DNA of 60,251 nt, taken from positions 1-60,251 of the forward strand of contig CAXUUL010000026.1 of NCBI GenBank assembly GCA_964255285.1, in the 5' to 3' direction. Source of the stretch: Ionaspis alba (lineage: Eukaryota). The notes beneath the pieces are model-generated. The model searched no databases. It had not been told where the DNA came from and saw nothing but the letters and a program-made list of their open reading frames with translations. Shown piece by piece: positions 52,503 to 60,251 of the stretch (the first letter of the stretch is position 1; every line of letters starts with the position of its first letter). The translations under genes and the position numbers were made by a program.

Positions 52503-55500
52503 TCAACGCCCACATCTCAGCCCAACATATTTCGTTTGCAAGATCTGGTGCAATTCCCCGTGGTCCTTGGCACCCTTCGCGATGATCAATGCCTTCTCCG
52601 CCCACCGCTTACAGTCTGCATCCCGAGAGACACAATAGAAATCCACGGCACGATTGAAAGCTGTTGTGGCCAGCCATTCAATTTCCTCGCTTGGGAATTC
52701 CTGGAATTGATTCTTGCTTTAGTAAAATGCTGGTGAAAGTATCCAGCTTGGCGTACCGGTGTTCCAGGCAGCCTCTCGACATCAATTAGCGTGGACACTT
52801 GGTCAAGCAAACACTCGGCGAGTTCGAATTTCGTAGTCATCGTAAGTTGGAATAGGCACCGAACCCATCGATAGAGATTTCGCGTGTCGACGTCACTAGC
52901 TTGCGAACCGAAGTTGATAATTTGCTGCCAAATTTTAGCTCGAGTGTAGGCCACGATCACAAAAGGTCGATAGCTCACCTGTAGAATGGCGATCGTAGCT
53001 GTTCGTTGTTAATAACGGCATATGCGTATCGCAATGCTTGGGAGACTCACTATCGATTGGCGCATCCGAGCAGAGCATAATATCCGCCAGTGACTTGTAG
53101 AGCTTTGGATCATCGAATTGTTGACTGTCCTAGTTCATAGGAATGATCAGGACACAGATCAAGAGAAGAATTAGGCTAGGGACCACCTTGACGAGCTGTT
53201 CAACATCGTGCCAGGCTTTCAGTCGAACGGTAGCCTCGAATTCTAGAACTAGTATCAATGATGCTTTACGTGTAATATCCTCCCGTGCAACTCCTGCAAG
53301 AACGCCCATATGGCTCTGACGGTGGAGGTTGAATGACCTTGTATGCTTGCGAACGCCAAGATAATGCTGGAGCTGAGCACTTGAGCTCAGAGCCACCCGA
53401 GAAGTGGTGGAACGTACCTGTTGTTCGACTGAATCCTCTTGGCGAGCCATCACGGTGCAGAGGCAACTGTCAAGGAAGTGGCAGAACATTCGGCGTAGAG
53501 ATAGATCTTCCAGCACAGCTGCATCCATATCCTCGGGGTAGAGATCCATGAACTGGACGATTGCATTAGTAGCAATAAGGAAAACTCGATGCTGACTGCT
53601 ACCTTCAAACAGCAGTTGCTCAATCGTAAGGTTTCGGAGGGGCTCCAATGGCTACAATACTTCACAGCCAGGTTATAGGTGTTTCTAGAGAACCAGTCCA
53701 GCTCCGTCAAAGTGAACGTCTGGTTTGTGGGTTCTCGTCCCAAAGCCTTAGCTTGTCGAGCAGCTTCTTTCGTCAGCATAGTGCATTGCCTCAGACATAC
53801 CACAAACCTCCTTCGAAAAGCCTGCACAATGAGTCAGTACTCCTTTCTAGACTATCTGTCCGACTTCTGATGTCCTGTATTAAGAGGCGAGCTGTGCAGC
53901 TACAATTACTTAGTAGCAATATAGAGACCCAAGACTACAAGCTTACCGAAGCAGTGCGGGTAGATGAAGCCCAGGCGGGCTGTCGTAGTCATGCTTATCA
54001 AGAACTTTCTGCATAGCACACAATGCCTGCTCTTTCTGGCCATGTTGATGTGCCTCCAAGACGCACGCGTAGAGAAGTGTGGAATCTTTCGCGGAACCTC
54101 CATAGATACTGTCAAGACACCTAGCAGCTGTGGAAAATTCAGCGACGTCCACAGTACCACTTGGGCATTCACTACCTAGTTCCGAGTCTCCACTTCGTAA
54201 ACCGAGCTTATACATCAGATACTGAGTTTCCTCGCTAATTTTAGCTCCCAGAGGCATCTCTGAATATGTCTGAAGCGCCTTCGAATAAGCAGAGGCTGAA
54301 ATGGCACAGAGTATGATTTTCCTAAGCTTCGGTAAGGCGTTGTGAAGGTGAAGACAAGTCACCAGAATCATTACCTCTGCAATTTAGCGCGGTTGACATC
54401 ACTGGAGCCATCGAAGATCTCATGCATTGAGAGTTGACACCAATCAAATGAGTTGGAATAAGCTTTCTGGTTGTAACTCAACTCAATGCGTTTCCACAAC
54501 AGCTATGGAGAAAGTCAGGCTAGGGAGGACAAAAAATGATGGCCTAGATTGGGGTCGATCCTTACCACTTGTGCTGCATGTGTTGCAGCCAACCCAATTG
54601 TACCTCCTAGCCGGCATCGCAGCGCATCAAGAACATGGTGTAAGAGCTTTATCTCGTCATCAAGACCTCGCGATGTAGTCAGATTCCAGATCAGATTCAC
54701 GAGAACCTTTTCCGACCAATCTTCGTTGCCCATAACAGCTGCGCGTTCCAGCAGGAAGGCCTCCAAAACATTGTGCGCGAGGATCGGGCTTCGAGCTCTA
54801 AGCTTATGAATATAATGTAGGACCGTCATAAGAGTAGAATCTGTGATGCAAACATTATGAACAACTCTTAACAGAACGTCACAATAGTTCTCTGCCACCG
54901 GTTCTATGTCGAAATCGAAAAGGTCGAGCCTAAGGATCAAGTTGGCCAGCTTATCGCTGCGTGCCACGCACAACTGCTTGGCTATATTAAGGGCTTTCGT
55001 CTTTGCAATGTGGCCAGGTAGTTGCATCAAGGCGCGGGCAAGGCTATGGGAAATATTACTTTGAAGGTCCTCAGCATCAGAGCTAAGATCCTCCTGTCTC
55101 TGTCCAGTAATAGCATCGTAAGCTCTTTCCAACCAACGAACGGCTGTATCATGATTCAACCTGCCAGTCTCGTACTTCCCAATCTCTAACAGAAGATCTG
55201 CGAGCTTCTCCGCCAGCAATGCTGAGATATAAGCTCCCGAGTCAGAGTTGAGCTTGCTGAGCCAATAGTCAGCTAGATCAAGGCGATTCTGTCGCCATGC
55301 CTTAGGAGTCTTGGGTTATCTTGAGTTCTTTGAGTACGCTTGCTGGAACGACTTTCTTACCAGGTAGATCCTCGATAAGAAGTATTCGTTGGAGAGCTCA
55401 GATACGATTTCCCTCAGCTCCAGGTTTTCTTCGTCCCGTTGGCCTCTCAAAAGCTCTTCGTAATAGGCCGACGTTTCAGCAGCTCTCTCGGCCAGAGCAA

Positions 55501-56094
55501 TATGACCTTGATCTAGATTGAATCCAAGCATGAGAAGAGCCTCTTTCAGGATATTTGATAGTGGTTGGTAAGAATCATACCCAGACATAATTTTGTACAC
55601 TTTAGACAAGACTTGAAGACGCGGACAACGTCTGCATAAAAATCAATGGCGTTGGTCACGTCGAGTCAGACTGTGGTATCATACTTTGGACAGGGCTATT
55701 GGACGTTCGTTGACCGGTATCTAAAAGCAAGCAGGCAAATACTCGTACTGGAAATGTTAGCGGCACGTTTAAATTGCCAGAATCGCAGCCATACATAGAC
55801 AAACCAGCTGAGAGCTTTCGGATCTATCCTTTCCCAACCTTGCTGAACTATTCCAGAGCTTGGTTCCTTGTGTATCGAGCTCTTGGAAGTCTACTGAAGT
55901 TGCGACTTGATGGCTTGTAAGCTCGTCAATCTTCTCCAAAAGTTCCGTGGAGAGATCCGATGGTCTATCATGTCCAGAAAGTATATGTAGCAGCTTCTTC
56001 GCATAGACTGTGTAGTGACATCTGTGAGAGAACGTCCAGCGACGGAAGAGTCGTACTTGCCCAATATCATTTTCAACGGCTGAGTTTTGTCCAT
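52503..56094 (-). CDS. SPO22: Meiotic TPR protein SPO22/ZIP4 (TEX11 family)
   Basis: ELDTQGTKLWN, AWRQNRLDLA, AVRWLERAYD, THAAQVLLWKRIE, ELDWFSRNTYNLA, EEIEWLATTAFNRAVDFY; more than 10 introns. Confidence 0.88.
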
Positions 56095-56485
56095 AGCACA
56101 GAGACCGATAGGTACTATGAATGAGGAATTTTGATATTTACCTGGAGATAGATGGTCTTACTTCTGGATCGTAGTGAAGGTTTTCCGATGGACACTTGAG
56201 AGGGGACCTGTGCACGTGCGCTGCACCGTGCCCTAGGACCACAGGCACTGATGCCTCGGCATAGGAAGAAAGGACAAACGGGCTTACGTGGGGCGAACAG
56301 CTCCTTCCAAGTCCACCAGCAAGAGTTTTGAATCAACCTGCATTGCGTAGAACAGTCCTATAGGAGTGGTAACGGCACGTCGTCCAATCTTTCTGTGGCA
56401 CGACACTCAGCTGGAAAAGCCCACCAGCATGTCTAGGGTCAGCTTCGCTCTGAGCCTTCAAGGCCTCGAGGGCTCCTGGATTGTA

Positions 56486-58452
56486 CTACTTAGCTGCTGG
56501 TAGGACTGGCAGGAAGTTTCCAACTATCAAAGAAGGGCTAGTGGTGTTAGCTACACGTGCACGGTTGAAGGGGCTACTAAACCCTACATGTTGTGTTCAT
56601 CTCGACGAATGGTGAATGAAAAGCAGCACGAAATTTCTGGGTCGGCCGAATGCAGGTCGGGATTCTTTAGAGAACAAGAAGTGAGGACTGCCTTCTGAGA
56701 ATTATCGAAGGCGACGGAGAGAAATTTTTGCCAGTAAGAGACGAGATGCTCTTCCACAATTATTTCGTGGATCGCCAATTTTCCCTACGATCCTAGCAGT
56801 CAGCAACATACTATATGCTCGAGGCTTGAAGGCAGCTCACATCTCTCAATTTCTCGATAGGTACATGGATTAGTTCGGCCATCTCTTTATTGCCTCTGAA
56901 AATCTCGCCAGTGCGCCTCCAGCAGCAAGCTGGCACCGCCATGCTAGCAAAAACTCGGTCGTACTCCATCAAGCATCTTTCGAACCACATTTCGACCAGA
57001 ACGAGTTTGACGTCCGTCAGGCTTTGCATTGCCTCTCGAAATTTTGGCCGAAACTTGTCCAACTGTCTCAGAATTTTCTGACGAGACGACGGCTGCAGAT
57101 GTTTGTCCATGTATTGATTTAGCCGAGCATACCCTTTCACGTAGTTGAAGGGTCTGAGCATTCCAGCATCATACTTGGCTTGGAGTAGCTTGTCTATCCT
57201 AGCGTCGGGTCCGTCACTACCAGATGGATCGGCTGCCGTCATGTAATAGGTCTCTCGAGCTTTGTCAATTGGTATGGCGCTAGAGGGCCTGTGGGATGCT
57301 TTCTTCGAAGGGGTGCTTAGGTTACTGGCACCTTCGAATGGTAGCTGCAATTTGGTTGCATCTGAACTCGTATCTCCATTAGAAGCATGTGTCACCGCAT
57401 TGACAGAAGATGAATCTTGAAAATCGATCTGGTTATCATCGTTTGCAAACATTGCGCCGTCGTCTAGCAAACTCGTGCTAAGGAAGTCATTCAAGAGATT
57501 GTACTCGTTTGTAACCTCGGGGGCGTTGAACATGTAAGATGGATGAAAAGTGTGCATGTCGTGGAATTGGTTCTGACCCCCTGAGCCCCAGTCATTGTAA
57601 CCCAGGACTTCTGCTATTAGATCTCAGGCAATTCTCACCATAGGGAGTGGAGGACTTGCATTGCTGACGGCCTCCAATCAGGCTACTCAGTGAAGAGTTG
57701 GGCACCGATGGTGGCAGACCTAACGGATTGTCTGACTGTCGATCCGCCATAGCACCAGATGTGGGAACATCCAACCCATTTTCTTGCAGGAATTGAGAGT
57801 TCGTCCCTCGTTGCTGGACCGTAGGAACCATTCGCATATTGACCGAGTCTTCTCGCTTGAAAACCTCTTCGCTTTCAACAGCTGTAGGACCCGGATCACC
57901 TCTAGGTCTCCGCACTGGCTCACGTGGCTCGTCGTGACATAAATGGCCAATGTTACGCTTAACACATCGTGTACATGGGCGCTCCTGCGAAACGGAGCTG
58001 TTAGCTATTTGCCCGTAGCTGATGATATGTATCTACATACCAAGTCGCAGGTCATATGCTTCATTAATACCAGGAAAGTCAGTCTTGTACACTCAAGAGA
58101 CAGCAGACAGGGCCGGGAGCTGTTGTGTAGCGTGGAGGAGAAGGCTGCTCACCGATCGTCGGCAATAAATACACGCTGAAGTCCAGTACATCAGCGAGAG
58201 TTCGACGAGCATCGTGCCTGCGTTCTCTTGCCTACCTACCATGATTCACCTTTCGCCGTTTCTTTGGACTGCCGTTGGAACCTGCCTCGCCGCCCAAGTG
58301 GGCCTGCGGCGATCCCTCTGCACCTTTGGCGACCACCTTATCCTGCGGACTTGCATCGGCCTCCATGGCATCTTCTCAATCCATCAGTCACTTTCATTAG
58401 TCACGTCGTGCAAGAAAGGGTCGACACGCGAGTGTGGAGAGCCCTCGGTCAT
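56486..58452 (-). CDS. acuM: Zn2Cys6/PAS transcription factor, gluconeogenesis regulator (AcuM/RDS2 orthologue)
   Basis: Spliced KKRRKVNHACIYCRRSHMTCDLERPCTRCVKRNIGHLCHD; PFNYVKGYARL; EYDRVFASMAVPACCWRRTGEI (RDS2-type rather than ERT1-type); LIVGNFLP. Confidence 0.88.
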
Positions 58453-59123
58453 TGATGGGTAGCTTTCGAGCTGTGTGGCTGGAAGTGCCGGAGATGCGGC
58501 GGGGAAGTTTCGACTTCTTGGACAACGTTCACTTGAATCGTTGCTACATACCACCTACCACCCGCACTCTATACGGTTTGATACTTGGGACCGTGGTCTG
58601 CGTGGATAAGCAGCCTACTATATCTAACACTCACGAACCAATTCCCAGATGCATGTTTGAATCGAGAGAGGCAGACTGTTTACTCTAGCACCATCTACAG
58701 CTATACACAAGCAAGTTAATCGGGCCCTGGTTCGAAGTCGCAAGCCACTGAGCGATCTCTGGGCCTCCATAAGTAATCTGTCCCAAAGAGATACAAAAGA
58801 AGGTCAAATGTTGTATTAATATAGTGACCAATTGCAGTATATACTCTCAGTCAAGACGGAGAAATCATATTTCGTCGTGCGGCTATCAGATGGTATATTG
58901 CACCGTCCAAATTTCCACCGAGGCTGGAAGAGCGTCGTTAAATCCCCTGACTTTTCTGATATTAGTTTTCATGTTCTCAACGTGTTCGTTCACCTGTTGG
59001 AACAACAATGGCAGTATTGGGTGGGTAGAATTATCGAGAAGTATGTTAGAGCACTAATACCACAAACTAAATAAAAATGAAGTGCACTTCCTAATTTCTC
59101 TGTCCGATGCTCTGATACCCCGA

Positions 59124-59821
59124 TCAATCTTGGTGTATCTGGGCAATCAGGCCGTGTCCCTGGCCCCGCGAACCCATGGTGCTGGAGACCTCATCGGCTT
59201 GACCCAACGTGTGAGAGCCAGTGGGAACAAACCTTTGACAATTGCTGCTTCTGAAGGCTGACTTCAGTTCTGGAATCCCGTTGCAGCACTTCCAGATCCG
59301 CCATATCGAGCTCAACAGGTACCTCTTCGCGGGCAATCTCATCGTCGAGTAGGCTAATCGCATGTAGTGCTGGATATAACTGTTTCTCGAGGTGATTCTG
59401 GTGCATGCCAATCAGTATTGAAAATTGGCAGTCATATAGCGGACAATGGTCACATTACCTTCACGGAGCCCCTCGTTGTCAAAGTATAGAGCCTTTGTGT
59501 CCGTTGGGAATGGTGCTCGTGGTAGGCGCTTCTTCAGCCTAAGCATTTGATCAGGTGGGCATCATAACTCCAAAGAGGGATTGAGAGACATTCTTCAGGT
59601 TGAAGTCATTGCTGCCTGTGCTTCTAATCTGCAGGTGCCCTCACGACTTTGGGGCAATGGTGGCTTTTCCACGGATTTGCATATTTCTTCCCAATGAGGG
59701 CCTGCATCTGCTCGCGGAGAGGCCGCCCTTTTTTCTGGACAAGGTTTTGATCCACGTATAGCATTCGCGCCCGCAGGACCACAGTCCAACGTTTTAAGGC
59801 ATTTGCTGCTTTGTTATTCAT
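59124..59821 (-). pseudogene. Degraded CENP-Q (Okp1/Fta7) kinetochore gene copy
   Basis: Spliced fragments VDQNLVQKKGRPL...(frameshift about 59691)...SVEKP...RLEAQAAM..*..LKKRLPRAPFP..K..YFDNE...HLEKQLYPALHAISLLDDEIAREE resemble fungal CENP-Q; in-frame TGA at 59595-59597 and 59124-59126. Confidence 0.7.
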
Positions 59822-59882
59822 TTGGTCAAATCTTTTTCATGATAGCAAGTACTACCAGCCGGGGATATGGGATTCTGCTCTA

Positions 59883-60251
59883 GAAGGGTTCACCGGCCTC
59901 CGAGTTCCACCGGCTTCCGAGTAGGGGTTACTTTAGAATTTTAGTATAAGAAATATTAATTTACCCTTTTTTTGAATAGTATTTTTAGGGTAAATTATTT
60001 ATATACCCTGAAATTTTGGCTTATCTATTTATATCACGATTTAATGTCATGATTTTGTCATGGTTTGGCCTTGGGAGAACCTCGGGACCCGGAGAAATCT
60101 TATTTTAATCAATATCTAGCCGGAGGAATGTTATCGCGATTAATATTTAAAATTTCAATATTAATTATAATAATAATTTTAATAATAAATATATTAACGA
60201 ATAATTTAAAAAAATCACAACAAGTTATCCAGAAATAATTAAATATTATAT
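59883..60251. mobile_element. Left end of an AT-rich, RIP-degraded DNA transposon (pogo/Fot1-like TIR), continues beyond window
   Basis: TA at 59881-59882, then a 17-bp-period tandem CACCGGCYTCCGAGT (59891-59905, 59908-59922), then an abrupt switch to very AT-rich, TpA-rich sequence. Confidence 0.65.

Noticed and set aside
1..60251. Secondary-metabolite cluster, Starship element, CRISPR array, tRNA/rRNA genes or a viral insertion
   Set aside because: No PKS/NRPS/terpene synthase, tyrosine recombinase, repeat-spacer array, tRNA boxes, rRNA or viral motifs seen; the mpaB-like oxygenase stands alone among housekeeping genes.

Overview
Gene-dense, intron-rich chromosome segment of a filamentous ascomycete (Pezizomycotina-type short GT/GC-AG introns with CTRAY branch sites, plus RIP-like AT-rich relics). 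It holds about 23 mostly housekeeping genes: ATE1, a DDP1/Aps1 Nudix hydrolase, a RING-CH protein, PRE8, Dicer-like 2, a sugar/polyol porter, RFC1, MRPL16, RFC5, COX11, a TMEM135-like protein, a bHLH factor, a GH63-like glycosidase, ATP5, RRG9, RGP1, MOB1, an mpaB/DUF2236-type oxygenase, a WDR62/MAPKBP1-like protein, SPO22/ZIP4 and acuM/RDS2. Two further genes are absent from the ORF track: an RGG-rich partial gene at the left edge and an 86-aa three-exon gene. Non-genic features are a 448-bp foldback element with an 8-bp TSD, a 171-bp TA-flanked MITE, and the start of a pogo/Fot1-like RIP-degraded element at the right edge, next to a decayed CENP-Q (Okp1/Fta7) gene. The most unexplained signal is a run of back-to-back hairpins (3725-3965, possibly extending to about 4370) between ATE1 and the Nudix gene, which looks like an unannotated structured RNA. 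I also infer four GC-AG introns and a 4-nt microexon with stwintron-like geometry. All exon structures were reconstructed by eye, and family assignments are from motif recognition, not database searches.
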